A stretch of 58,373 nt of DNA, filler included, from Sphacelaria rigidula (GCA_964200075.2; 10 parts of 10 records of this genome joined end to end with filler, not necessarily neighbours in it); one strand, 5' to 3'. Positions 24,653 to 38,100 are shown, numbered from the whole stretch's first letter. Notes: a model not told the origin generated them from the sequence alone. Program-made: numbers and translations.

Positions 24653-24965
24653 AATCCTCTATCCACACCAAATCTTCGAAATATGGTGCAATTCATTCAC
24701 CTACTGGTAGCTATTGACTACTACTAGATGCCCTGAAAAAATGGGTTCCGATGACCGAAATTTTAGGGTCCTAGATGAAGCAACAATCTTCGGGAATTCA
24801 GGTGATCGGATCGCCGGAATTCCCCGAAGAAAATGGTGTTCATCTGGGACCCCAACGTTTCGGTTGTCGAAATCCTAATTTGTATCACGTGTGGTACTTG
24901 TCAATAGCCACCAGTAGGTGAAGAAATGAAACAATGTTCGAAGATTTGGTGTGGATACGAAGATT
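24653..24965. repeat. Near-complete palindrome of about 310 bp (foldback MITE)
   Basis: TATCCACACCAAATCTTCGAA ... TTCGAAGATTTGGTGTGGATA; pairing continues imperfectly to the centre near 24808. Confidence 0.88.
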
Positions 24966-26472
24966 TCATCCCTCCAGCTTCTCATCCTCAATGAAAAGCT
25001 CCATCCTCAACTTCGATGATCGGCTGATTGATGCTGCGGAATGATGTATCTATCCCCAACCAGCAACCACCGGTTTTGGTGACGTGAGAATAAGGGGAGG
25101 GAAACAGAGGACACGATATGACACAAGAACAATGTCTGGATACACCTTGCAGACCATCCGCGATCGTTGACTAGGGCAGCTGTCTAGTGCCTCAGCGTGC
25201 AGGGTGCTTGGTTGTCTCTGCCGTTGTACCTCAACGACTTTCTGTCGCCGTCCCCCTACTGTTTCTGTGCCGCAAGACGCGCCAGCCCTGGGTAGCCAGT
25301 GAGCACCGTGTGGGTACTTTATGTACGGAACCATTCAACACGAGCCATCTTGAACAACAGCATGACAACGAACTAGAAGGAGTCAGTAGCATTGATGCGG
25401 GTACGGTCCTTCCTCGGCGACTCTGAACCATCATGAAACAGTGCACAGAGACGACGACAGAACGGTACTACTGTACTATGCATGTAGAACATGATCGAAT
25501 TTGGCCGCACTTTGTTTGGTTTTTGTTTCAAACTTTACCTGAAATATTTTCCAATTTGGTGAGAACTCGTCGATCGAAGTAATGAAAACCTTTCTTTGCG
25601 TTTGTGAAGACAGACTTGAACCTATTCGGCCGCAACTAATGCCTACCCCCCACTTATTTGATGGCTTGAGTGCGATTTCTGGACAACGTTTTTCATAACA
25701 GATCGTGCATACCCGTATTTGGAAAAATCGGGCGAAAATGGTCATTTTCTAGTGAAGGGATCGCAAAGGCACCTCGGATTCGGCATCCCCACCGAATTTC
25801 CAGTCGGAAGAAGTTTTTTCTACTCTACCTGAAGCCGAATTGGGTCCGCGAGACTCTGGCCTTGTCGGCGGTGGAAGTGCTCCTCGGACATTTGGATTTT
25901 CCTCTCGATTTCATTTGCCGCCCCTCGAGTACAGCATGTATCTTCGTAGGCTAGCGTGAGGTCAGCACCTGCACCAGATATCAACAAGCTGCGAGAGAGT
26001 GCCCACAGCTGCGGCTGGTGTGGCGTAGCGATGATGGTGAGCACACTTTTAACACGTGCGTCCCTGCAACCATGAAAAATGCCGACGTTGCTGCCTGTGC
26101 TTCTCCCGCTGTTTCGTCAGCCGTTCGGTCTGTGTTCACCGCAAGACTAGCAAACGCACACGTACGGAATAAACTTTAGTCTCCATAGCTCGTCGGCAAC
26201 CTGTGGTATGGTGGGAGTTCCACAACAGCGGGCGCGCCATGAAGAAGAAAATATCTACTGGATCGTTCCTACTCCTGCCGTCAATAGAGACCGTTCTGTG
26301 GCTCCGAAGACCATGCCGGCTACCGCACGTAGGCAAGATGATCGGAGTACAGGCTCGGACATACCACGAAGAAGCGACGAGTATGGTAACCGCCACGTAG
26401 TTGCAACTCTTTGGAGAGGTCGCTGCCGCCGTCGCAGACCTCCACGAGCGGGCGTGCTTCTCCTGCTGTTAG

Positions 26473-26636
26473 CCTCGGCATTGCATCCAGACACCAAAAT
26501 GATGCGCTTTGCGCACGGTCAGTACAAGACGGGTACGGCGCTATTCGGAGAGAAGATGACGGAGCAGGAAGCCGACCTGGTCGAGGCCCTGCAGGGAGGC
26601 GAATACGTCGAAGATACGTTTTTCCCCGAGCGCCAG
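26473..26636 (+). pseudogene. Possible exon or remnant of a hAT-like transposase
   Basis: tag|...CAG|gtag; ASALHPDTKMMRF resembles the hAT 'A..LDPR.K...F' motif. Weak evidence. Confidence 0.3.
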
Positions 26637-27067
26637 GTAGACTACGATGCTATCACGTGCCGAACACGAAAATGCCGACGACGTATCGCGTGTTGTTTCT
26701 AGGTAAATATCTTCCTGTCAAAGTCTTCGCAAGGATGTATGCGCTGCACGTCAGGCTATACATATAGATATATATATATATATATATATTGTTGGAGTAA
26801 ACCCCATACAACTAAGGCACGTGCAATGCGCAGTGTAAACTAGCGGTTGCGTTCGTGGCCCTTTGATGCCCTGTACATGTATATACACCAAATCCCCCGA
26901 AGCGTGGCTGATCATATGTGGGCAGACAAGACAACTGCGGTGTCCGCAGACCGAACGATAAACTACACTATTTTCAAGCAGTAGTGAGGAAGGATCTGGA
27001 AGTCATGCCACGGCAGGGGTTCTACATTCGGACCCAGGTCGTTTTCACTGAGGGGCTCCCAAAGTTA

Positions 27068-27383
27068 CACACGCGGCCATTTGGCCACCCCCAAAATTCC
27101 TCCAGGTAGGTCAACTTTTCGAGCCTCCAGGGGAATCAAACGCGTCCAGAGGGATTAAACGCCTCCGGAGTTTTTTTTTTGCCTCTGGAAGGCTGCGCAT
27201 CTCTCCGAAGGCATTTTGCTACTCCCAAATTTCTCCGGAGGGGAGCGCGGCCCTCCAGGTCGGTAGCGTTTTGTTTCCCCCAGAGGGATTGAAGACCTCT
27301 GGAGGCTTGTTGGCCTGCCTCTACAGTAGAGGGCCGCGCATCCCTCCAGAGGCATTTTGGGGGGTAGTCAATGGCCGCGTGTG
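27068..27383. mobile_element. MITE with TA flanks (Tc1/mariner-type)
   Basis: TA|CACACGCGGCCATT ... AATGGCCGCGTGTG|TA; internal CCTCC(A/G)GAGG repeats; partial inverted copy at about 22653-22757. Confidence 0.82.
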
Positions 27384-27592
27384 TAGGCGCTACAAAAAGG
27401 GGGGAGGGGGGGGGGGGGGGGGGGAGGACATTAGTATTTTTTTTTTTTGCAAACTAACCCCCCAACGTTAAAAAAACCGTTTAAAAGAGGGTATGNNNNN
27501 NNNNNGGGGCGGGGCGGGGGGGGGGGTAAAAGGAGGGGGGGGGGGAGCGCCCGGGGGGCGGAGGGGGAGGGAAAAAAAAGAGGGGGAGGGGG

Positions 27593-27654
<62 letters not shown>

Positions 27655-28841
27655 GGGCGCCGGGCGGCAGATCTGTGCAAATAAATTATACTCGAATTTA
27701 GTGTGGTAGTAAACTACTACTTGATTTGAGTGTACTTATAACCTACTTGATCTTGGTGCGGTCATCAACTACTTGAACTTAGTGTAGTAGACCACTTAAT
27801 CTTTGTGTACTGTTTGATTAACATTTATTTGATAGTTGTCTGCATGGACTGGAGCAAGGTCAAACAATAGTATAGCTTAGTTTATTTACGAATGGATCGT
27901 GCACAACAGTGTTTGCATATTGCTCGCGGAATAGTCTTTCTACTTGCCGATCAGTGTCTCCCTACGACTCACACAATTACGCGGCAATTGACATCAAGGC
28001 TCGCAAGCTCCATACCACTGTCGAGTGCGATTACTATATTCGGGAGTGACCGCGTGTCAGACAAGTTTCGGCCTGGTTGCAGCAACCGCCACCTTCACGA
28101 CGGTCAGCGTAAGAAGACCGTCACGCAAATGTCGCGAAATATGCTTGCTGCTTGCGTCTTCAAACGTGAATGAAAGTGCAAGATGGGTCACAACTAAGTG
28201 GCACATATCTCCAGCAAAAAAATCGACTGCGCTCGTTCGTCGAAAGTGACCCGAGTCAGCGGGGTATTCTCCCCCCGCCTACCCCCGTAGTCCCCCTACT
28301 CGTTTTTTTGTCGCGCACATACACTGTAAATGCCGCCTTCCAGCGCACGAAGGTGTTAGGCACCTCAAGACCTCGCCTGGAAACCAACGCGGCACATAGC
28401 GGCGACATACGAATTGAACAGAAAATCACGTGTTTTTGTCGGAAAAATCCGGCCCAAAAGGGGGTTCGTAGGGGGTGGGGGTTGGTCACTCTCAACCCTG
28501 ATGTACTCCTGGGGGGTCAGGACATTCCCGTCCTCGAATTCATTCGAGATATTCCCATAATGGCCCACCGAGGTGCAAGTCGTGGCGTGCTCTCACACTT
28601 TTCGGCAGTTGTTTCTTGGACGAGATGAAGGAGTTCCAACACTTTAACTTTCGGAGATATTCTGTGCACCTCTACAGTGGTGTGACTCTTTGGTAAATCG
28701 TCGACGTGGTGAATCCCCAATATTGCTGTCTCCTACCACAGCTTTGCTTCAGGCGTTCTTCTCGCTCGCTCTGCTGCTGCAATTTAACCCGTCTTACACG
28801 GACATTTTTGTCGTACCTGCTGTGGCGTGTGACGGCATCAG

Positions 28842-28922
28842 TACGAGGATATCGACAACTACGTCTACGCCCCCCCAGACTCTTCTGACTACAGCATAGG
28901 GATCATCATTGACCCATGCGAG
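28842..28922 (+). CDS. Orphan internal exon, product unknown
   Basis: cag|TAC...GAG|gtaagt, 81 nt, stop-free with C/G-ending codons: YEDIDNYVYAPPDSSDYSIGIIIDPCE. Confidence 0.5.
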
Positions 28923-29422
28923 GTAAGTACGAGAGACGATGGTATTGCGCCTGACGGGATGAGCCAATATCACACCGATAATATTCTCCAGTTGTACCAC
29001 AAAGAAACGAAGGATCCTGAAAAATGGGGCGAAGTCTGAAAATGGGGCTGAAGTCGCCTTCCGAAACGTCACACTTTCCCCGACACAGGTTTGCAAAACG
29101 AAACCATTTGCGGATCTTTTCTTTCTGCTGCAGCTAAGNNNNNNNNNNNNNNNNNNNNNNNNNNNNNNNNNNNNNNNNNNNNTTAATTAATTAANNNNNN
29201 NNNNNNNNNNNNNNNNNNNNNNNNNNNNNNNNNNNNNNGCAAGACCCCCCCCCGGCACGGGGTCGGACCCGCACGGCCTAGTGGGCGGGGGGGGGGGGGG
29301 GGGGGGGATAGGGTTGCCGACCAGAACAGAAGATTTGATGCCAGTTCAGGACACTGACACGGTAGCGTACCTTGACCATGACCCTCGTAAATGTAATTCC
29401 AAGCGCTAAACAAACAGTTTGG

Positions 29423-29424
<2 letters not shown>

Positions 29425-29466
<42 letters not shown>
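29425..29466. repeat. (CA)n microsatellite
   Basis: Perfect CA run. Confidence 0.97.
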
Positions 29467-29469
<3 letters not shown>

Positions 29470-29903
29470 GTCCACGGTTCGGACGAATCATCGCCAGGTC
29501 GAATCACCAAATCCACGATTTTTCAGGCCTGAATACTCAAAAGAGAGAAAAACAAGCTGACCGATGGCCAAAAATATCTCCACGCAATTTTTGCGCCATT
29601 CCACGTGCCTGGGCTGCGCGTACCTGGCATGCAACGTACGGTACAAACTAATTACATCAAAACCAAGTAATCTCCAGACGAGCCATTGATTCATCTCACC
29701 AAGACGCACCCACAAATATTGACCGTTACGCAATGGCCCTCTACTTGCAGGAGGGCAGTGTACGCGAACATGGGCGGGGGGAAGCAAAATCCTAATCGCA
29801 ACAAACACAGAAAAAAATCACCACAGTTTCAACCACCCAACAACGCCGACGGCAACGGCAGCAGCAGCGGCAGCGACAACAGTAGCCAAAGTACGCCGCT
29901 TAC

Positions 29904-30099
29904 GTTCCGGGTTCCGCTGAGGATGGTCCAGCGGGAGCAACCCCTTCTCTTGCGGAGAAACACCGTACCCCGCCGCCAACAAGTTCGCGGTGGACAGAAC
30001 GAATGCAGCGTGTTGCTCGGCGGACGCGTCCAGTTCCGCGGAACGCGGGAACCGTTTGGCGCCAGTCCAGAACTTCTCCCCAGATTCCACGACGTGGTC
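29904..30099 (-). CDS. UBA1: Ubiquitin-activating enzyme E1 (SCCH domain), exon 3 of 3 visible
   Basis: cag|GAC...; DHVVESGEKFWTGAKRFPRSAELDASAEQHAAFVLSTANLLAAGYGV matches E1 'G..FWS..KR.P....F......H..F....ANL.A..YG'. The donor (gtaagc) position is less certain. Confidence 0.88.
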
Positions 30100-31128
30100 C
30101 TGAGCACGCGGAAAAACAACACACGGTGGCTCTCAATACCTCAAGCAGATGCATTAATTCGACAGGTTCACCAACCATGCTAAATGTTTCACAACACCTC
30201 GGCACTTGCAGCTGAAATACTCCTTCGTTCCATACGGTGTTCGCGTGCATGCTTTCGCCTAGTACCAGTACGAGGCCAGACACCGACCCTTGTGTGGACC
30301 AATATCCATCAAGACAAACCACTCATATACCCGCCTCAAAACCTGCGAACATTCACATGAGCCATACGGGTCACATACAACACAGGATGCCGAAAAGTGG
30401 GATATACACGAGATATTTCTACGGGAACAACGAGCTGAAGGCGAAACTTAACGTGATACAACAGAGCAACCAGTACCTCGTGAAACACATATTTGATCGG
30501 CGCAAAGGTAACTCTGACGGGTATCAGTTTCTTATGTGTACAAACTAAAACTCAGTTCGTTCCGATACAAATATCGTTTTCATGTCATTGTTCAGGATCC
30601 CGCGTTATACACATCTGTGTGTGTGGTGTGTGAGTGATTTGAGAGAGATAGAGACCGAGACAGACAGAGACACAGGGAGAGGAACAGAGACAGACAGAGA
30701 CAGACAAGGACACACAGAGCGTGTTTTCGTCTTTTTTTTCAGGTCTATTTTGTATGTTACACGCCACAAATTTCGTTACACGTCACAAGTTGAGCCTGGC
30801 TAGTACAACGGTGGGGGCCTAGTACTAGCCAAGCCCGAGGCTTACTTCGATGCGATTGACTTCACACAGGGCTCCGCGTGTAACGAATTTTGCGCTGTGT
30901 CACGTTAAGTTATGACGTGAAACGTACAGAGCCCTGGATTTTTCCTTCTTGCTACCCTCCCAGCCGTTCCAGTCCTTCTGCTACTCTACATTCCTTCTTG
31001 GCCAATATTTTCGGCTTAGTACACCTCGAGAACATCCATCCCTACATCATAACCAGCGATTTGTTAATTTGCCGCAAAACAATCAACCAACCGAGGGATC
31101 AAATAATCAACCACACAATCAATTATAC

Positions 31129-31332
31129 CTCGGGGAAATTATGGATCAACTGCAACACCCGGTCTCGGAAAAGCCCGTAGAATCTGCTGGAGGCCTCCCT
31201 TACGCAAGCCTCAAAGGTAGCCTCCTTGGCAAAGGCTAGCGTATCTTTCAATCGACCCAGCTCTTCCACAGCCTTGGCCGTGGCAGAGGCAGCTACGCGT
31301 CGATCTTCGCAGTCCACAGTAGCCTTCCGTAT
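31129..31332 (-). CDS. UBA1: Ubiquitin-activating enzyme E1, exon 2 of 3 visible
   Basis: cag|ATA...GAG|gtataa, 204 nt. ...ATFEACVREASSRFYGLFRDRVLQLIHNFPE matches E1 'TFEDCV.WA...F...F...I.QL...FP'. Confidence 0.9.
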
Positions 31333-33147
31333 CTGATGATGGGACACCCGAAAAACAAGACAAAAAAAAACGTAGAGAGGGAGGGGGGGGGGCGGGGCGG
31401 GGGGGGGGTATACAACAAGGTGGGTGGGTGGCGTAATATTACCCCAAAAANNNNNNNNNNCCACAGTACCGTTCCGCAGAAGAGGATGGGCACGCAAAAA
31501 AAAAAGACAAAAAAAAGCGTGGCGAGGGTGGGGGGGGGCGAGGCATGGGTGATGTATACAACCAGTTTTGTTCTTGTCATAATATTCCCCCTTCCCTGTT
31601 CTGTAGTAAGGAGATGAAAACAGAGCAAATATTTTTTCTTTGCAGGGAAAAAACAAGAAATGAAGTACACATTACATATTTCGTGCGAACACGTTACCTG
31701 TTTGTAGAACCCCACCCGGCGGGACTCTACGTTATTCTTCTGCACGCGGGGGATACTATTTCATGTTTATTTCTTGTATTCGATGTTTTCATGCCATGGT
31801 TTTGTGACCGCGGACGATAGATCGCAGGAAAAAAGCTAATTTGAGAAACAACATATTTATAATGAGACAATTCAACAGCCTCAGTGTAGCGTAGCAGAAT
31901 TAGCCAGACCCCGCATCTGTCTTACTGCCATTCTGATACTGCCGTTTATATCCATCCAATGCCGGCTTTCAAATCAAAAGACAACGCGCCGTGGGACTCG
32001 GCCGGGGAATACGGGGGAAACGTTTGTGACAACGACGTTTCAGGTATCAGCTGTGCACTCACGAGATAATTGTCCATACAGGAACATGGTGAGAAGACTG
32101 TCGAAGGGTTGTTACCGGGACCTCTACTAATTTTGTTCTTCGACCGCAGGTACATCGGACGTACTGTAAGAGTCGTCCCGAGTCTTCCGGTGTTTTTTGT
32201 TTTCGGCTAGGTACATCCAAATTTTCATCCATGAGAAGTATTGAGTCATTCGTAACTCGGCGAAAACAACAACAAAGCAGGGTGACAGCGAATGTGGCGG
32301 CAAATTCAGGTCCCAACTCTGAGAAACGGGGTCCGCGTGGCGATGTGGGTGAATCTTGAGCTCTCATGGCGGGACCATACCATATACTTAAAACAGGTCG
32401 AGTAGGGTACGTATTTCGAAAGTCGTCCTAATAGTACACAAATTGGGGTAGGGCGTTGGCGGTCGCTTTCCAGTTATTTTTGGGTGCGACTCTCAACACC
32501 CCACTCCATTTTGAGTAATCAAAGTACGACTTTCAAAATACCCCGCAATTGAGTATACCCTCCTCGACCTGCCCTTGCATATATGAAAACTCTCGTGTTC
32601 TTCAGACAAGCGGGACAGACTACAGCACAGCCGTCTTTCGGGACGTACCATCTCCATGGAGCATGACTCGTCAGAAGACATGCGCTGAAGAGTGGTGCCC
32701 GTCAACGCTTCACCAACGATTTGATCATCAAATTGCAATACCAAAGTTCCATTTATTTTTTGTTCCTTCAATGTCATGTGCATACACACGGAGGTGAGAA
32801 GGAAAAAAAAAACGAAAAATGGAGATAATCAATGTGTCAACCATTTGAAGAAAACGCGGTGACAACCGTACGACAACACCACCACCCCAACGCCATGGCA
32901 CAGTGCCGGTGGCTACCACACTATTCTTCCACAAACGACGGAGCGAGACACTATTTTGCGGGAGGCATTACGCGTTGGTGCCAACTACCGTCCGTGACTC
33001 TTGCGGACTCTGCTCGGGAACGGAGAGCGGTTGTGAAAACTTCTGAGAGACTGCGCCAGGCCAGAGCCCGAGCTCACCGTACCAACAGCGTGCGAAGGGA
33101 TAGCAACGGCACGTTACCATCCACGTTGCAATCATTCTTCTCGTTAC

Positions 33148-33229
33148 CTGCTGGAGATACCCCGGCTTATCCTCGCAGAACTTCTTGGCCTCGACGAACG
33201 GGCCCACGAACAGGTCTTCAAACTGAGCC
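33148..33229 (-). CDS. UBA1: Ubiquitin-activating enzyme E1, exon 1 of 3 visible
   Basis: cag|G GCT...CAG|gtaacg, 82 nt. (R)AQFEDLFVGPFVEAKKFCEDKPGYLQQ is the segment that follows 'HCIEWAR' in E1. Confidence 0.85.
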
Positions 33230-33513
33230 CTGTCACCCGATTATTAATCCGCACGATTTTTTTTTTCTTCACTTGCTTCGAGAAATGCGAAAAAGAAGGA
33301 AAAACTATTTGTTTTTGCCGAGTATTTCGCAGGGTACGGGAGTACTATCCATCCACACCATCCGTATTACCATTGTACACTCACGCTCGATCTCTCGCAC
33401 ACTCTCTTCTCACACCCATCACCATCGCGGCCGTGCAGCTTACACACGCGTACATCCGACAATCGTCAGAGCACGGATACACTACAGTGAATGGGACACG
33501 AGGGGGGGGGGGG

Positions 33514-33673
33514 GGGGGGTACTCATTTGTTTTTTCCCTTCGGTGTTTGGCCATCCACCCCCCCACCTTTTCTGAGCTGGGATATGGGAGGGNNNNNNNN
33601 NNCCCCCCCCCCCCGCCCCCGCGCGCCGCCCCCCCCCCCCCCCCCCACCCACCCCGCGCGCGGGGGCCCGCGA

Positions 33674-33712
<39 letters not shown>

Positions 33713-33907
33713 GGCGTACTCATTTGTTGTTCGCCTTCGTCGTTTGGCCATCGACCACGCATCTCTTTCGAGACTGGACTATGGAGAGGGAAAATATCCC
33801 TCAGGTCAAAGACTGAATGAGTCATGGGGGATGGGTGGGGATGGGAGCGTACTCATGTGTTGCGTGCCTTAGTCGTTTGACCATTGACCACGCATCTCTT
33901 TCGAGAC
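33514..33907 (+). repeat. Three diverged 70-bp G-run head modules
   Basis: G(n)..GTACTCAT.TGTT...TTTG(G/A)CCAT..ACC at about 33514, 33711 and 33843. Confidence 0.7.
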
Positions 33908-35133
33908 AGAGATGGGGGGTGGGTGGGATTTTCGGCCCTTTCGTCTCCGAAATTTCAATTCAAATCATCGTTGAAAGCAGCAAACACTCACCAAACGCGC
34001 CTGTCACCGATAAAGAACGTTCATGGTACTTGACACCGTTATTATCCAGGCACGGGCGCAGCGCGAGTGTGTTAGGTCGTCTGACACATCGATGAGCCTT
34101 TTTTTTCGTGGAATCACTGCCCCACCCCCCCCTGGTCCAGCGAAAACCTGGCGAGCTCTGTCCCGGCTTTGCAGGGATGCGAGGTCAATGGTCAGATGTC
34201 TACGGCATGCGAGATCATGAGTACACCCCCCTCCCTCGTTTCGTAGGATCACTCGAAGACAGGGCAACAGTCGAACCCAGCATGAATTGAATGTAATTGG
34301 TATATTAAAGGAGGTTTCAGATCATATATTGGTAAAATGTTGATCTCAAAAACCAACGCTTGTGGGTTCAAACCTCCTCTCTTTCTGTAGTTATTGATCA
34401 ATTTTTTAAATCATTTTATTTGTACGAGCGGCACAGCAGCACTAGCAGCAACATGACCCGACAGGACTGCGTCACGGATGCACGTGTCAGCCCAATGTCA
34501 AACGTGAACAACCGACCGCGTCGAAATACAACGTTGTGCAGGTCTGCACTTTACTCCACCATCAGCAGTATATTGAACACTCACTACCGATATATTTTTC
34601 GGGATGGATCCCCACCACAGGGCATTTTTGTACATTGGAATGAACATACAAAGTGATGAGATGCACATGCGGTATTGGATTGCGTGGAATGAAAAATGAT
34701 GCGACTTCGCAGCAAAAGGGTCGAGCAGGGTATAATACAGCCTCTTCGATCCATGAGCAACAGTACAACCCCATCCCCCCCCCCGCTAGATAGATGGTGG
34801 CCACAGACAGCGAGTCAGGAAGGGGACAACATACGTAAAAAGTTTTCGGGTAATGTACGGAATAAACATAATGAGCGCCCAAATGTTGGAGGTGTCTCTA
34901 CTAGGAGTAGGAATGGTGCTCTATCTCGAAAGGGATGCGTGGTCAATGGTCGAATGAATAAACAAAACAAGCGACAAAATGAGTANNNNNNNNNNNNNNN
35001 NNNNNNNNNNNNNNNNNNNNNNNNNNNNNTTAATTAATTAANNNNNNNNNNNNNNNNNNNNNNNNNNNNNNNNNNNNNNNNNNNNCGGGAAAGAGGGGGG
35101 GGGGAGGGGGGGGGAGAAGAGGAAAGAAAGGAA

Positions 35134-35167
<34 letters not shown>

Positions 35168-35191
35168 ACAGTTGCGACGAAGGAGCGTGGT

Positions 35192-38100
35192 TCAAAGCGG
35201 GGCGTGGATGCCGTGGGTGTGGTCGATGTTGCGCTGGAGACCGCGGCGAAGTCTTTTGGACTCAAGACGCTAGAGGCACCAGGATCCGCGTGGTGCAGAC
35301 GGGCTGGTGGTGTATGGTGCTGGCCGAAGCTTGAGCTGTATGGGTCCAGGGTCATCGATGAAGCGCACGATTTATGTGTCGGCCGAAACCAGGTTGGCGG
35401 AGTGGGTCTGACCCAACCACCAGAGGTTGTCGCTGCCTTTGAACCAAAGGTAGCTGTCCTTGGGCAGTATTCGCTGGTTTGCGAAGAACTTTGTCTTACA
35501 AGCCTTGGTGGGTACAAGTTCGTAACCATCGGCGACGAAGCGTAGTCCCTGATCACGGTGAAGTTCGTCGGCTGCTGCGCCACGACGCATGTTGCGATAT
35601 TTCTTATTATGAGCAAGATGCTGATGTTGGGATTCCGTCCAGTACAGGAGGATTGCACGGCGGCGCAATTGAAGGTCGGATTCGCGTTCCCAAGACGCTC
35701 TTCGGAGGCCGTGCCAGTGTGTCTTATACATGACAACGATTTTGCCACCTCGACCACGGCTTATCTGGTGGCCAGAGATGGTGGACACGGTCAATCGAAG
35801 GGACTGTTCCGTCACGTTGTCGGCTGTAACGGGAAGGGCGGGGACTTGGTCGAGTAGCTGTTGAGAACATACTGTGTGAGTCCGGCAGGAAGGTACTTGG
35901 GCATGTCACTTGTATCATGCGGGTTCGTGCAGGGTTCGCATATGTGCACGGGGACGCGGGGCTTGGTGTCCTTGCCCTGGAAGTCGCGAGGCAAGTCGAG
36001 ATAGAGCAGTTTGTCACCAACGGGCTTATCATCCGGTGATGATAACGATGGTCCGACTGTCAGGATCTTGCGTGGTCCTGTCCAATTGAGGGACGATTGT
36101 GTCTTCAAAATTGTTTCGTTGGCTGCCTTGCTGGTGCCTTGGCGGATGGTCGACAAACTGTTGTAGATCCAAACCCAATCACCAACTTTCCAGTTAGTGC
36201 GTTTGTGCATGAGGTTGTAGAGAGCGGTGTTAGATCTCTCCAAGCGCGAAGCGTTGATAGCATGTTGTTCGCGCACGAGGCTAAACGCTTTGTGTTGTCA
36301 TGCATGCGCTAGCTCGTGGTAGGATATCTGATCCTGATCCAATCCTTGGTGGCCGTCGAACGTGTGGCGCTCAAACACGGTGACGGGCAGCCGAGGGTAA
36401 CGTCCAAGATGGAGTTCGTTCGGAGAAAGGCCTGTGGCGGCGTTAACCGAGTTGTTGTAGGACAACATGATGTGCGAGAGATGTAGGTCCCAGTCATTTT
36501 GGCGGTCATTGACAACCATAGAGAGCATTCGGGCCATAGTGTGCTTAACTCTTTCGGTACCACCGTTACCGTTCGGGTGGTAGGCGCTCGTGGCAATTTT
36601 GCGGGTACTCAGGAGCTTGTACAGCCCATCAAAGAAATCTGAGCAAAATTGCTGACCATTGTCTGAAAGGAGTCACTTTGGGCAACCGTAGTGCTTGATG
36701 TAATCGTGGACCAATATGTCGGCCGTTCCGGCGGCAGTGAAATCTGCGGCGGTTACCGCGTACATGGACGCGTGGCGGCTGAAGCGGTCAGTGAAGAGTA
36801 AGATGTAGGTGTTGCCGCGACCTGTGGTCGGTAGAGGGCCAAAGTAGTCGAAGGACACAAGGTGGCCGGGCTCGTCGGGGATTCCCATAGAGATGATGGG
36901 CCAGCGTACTGTCTGTCGTAAAGTCTTTCGGGCGTGGCATTTGAAGCATCGCCGAATCCAGAAACGGGTTGAAATTTCCATGCGAACCCACCAGCAGAAG
37001 CGTTCCAAGAGCGCTAGGGTGCGGGTGACGCCAAGGTGACATGACAAGTACGTGTGGCAGCCTTTCATGACCCAGGGACGTATTAATAATGGCGCATTAA
37101 TAATGGGACATACATGCGCGTTGGTTCGTCATCGAGTAGTCGTGCTGTGTGTCCCATAGTTGAGGCGGAAATTGCGCCTGTCAAAGGCGTGGGCCGACGC
37201 ACGAGGAGTTGCACACCTTCATCCGTAGTAAAAAGGGTTCCTGTACGCACGAGCTCGTATACGTCAGAAATAACTGGTGGTTGCAGGGTGTCAACCGGGG
37301 CCAGAGGTGTGGATCGAAAAGGGACTGGATAATCGAGCTGTAAGTACCGGATGGCTGCGCGACATAACGGTTCTGCGTTTTGTTCGCGAGCCCAATCGCG
37401 GTGAGAGTAGCTGGCGAGAAACTCGCGTAGTTGACCTTCCGCTGGCGAGCCGACCAAACATGGTGGGGCAGGCGGCGGCGGAATAGGCGACGGGGCAGAA
37501 ATGCCGACGTCAATATCTGTCCCGAGAGCAGGAGCTAAGTCGTCAGTTCCGTGCGCGGGAGCGGTAGATGTTTGCGGCGCCGGTATGGGCGGCGGGGTTG
37601 TATCAGTGCGCGGCGGAATTTGTCCGTGCCGCGTGGTGCACTTTGCAGGAGTTTCGCGGAGCGTTGTGTGTTGGTCCGTGCAACTTGTGCTGCGTGGCTC
37701 GTGGAATTCGTAGGTGTTATCGGTGGCGGCAGGGCACTTGGGGTGGTGCGGGCAGCTGACGGGGAGCGCGTGTTGTCGGAGATTAGGCGGGTGACTGGAC
37801 GTGTCTCCGCGAAGAGCTTCGCGCGAGTACCGAGAGTGCGGAAATGGACAAAATCGGAGGTAGTGGGCTTGAACCTACCCAAGACGGCGTCATATGGTAG
37901 AGGGCGAGGTCCTCCCATATGCATACCGGTCTCCGGGCACTGGAGGTCGAGGGCGTAAACGGGCGTTAAAAAACGTCTAATCGCGTAAATTCCGGGTTCA
38001 CCGCGTTCCGTTAAACGGCAAGCCGGGCTGGAGTCTGCGGCCGTAGGCGGCAGGGGTAAGCGAGAAAGTAGATCAGCGTTCCCGTTGGATTTGCCGGGAC

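Noticed and set aside
27400..27655. Long poly-G/poly-C tracts and Gly/Pro-rich ORFs (also 11761-11791, 17053-17079, 33500-33711, 35086-35165)
   Set aside because: They lie next to gaps and are probably low-quality or poly-G sequencing artefacts. They are not evidence of G-quadruplex arrays or proteins.
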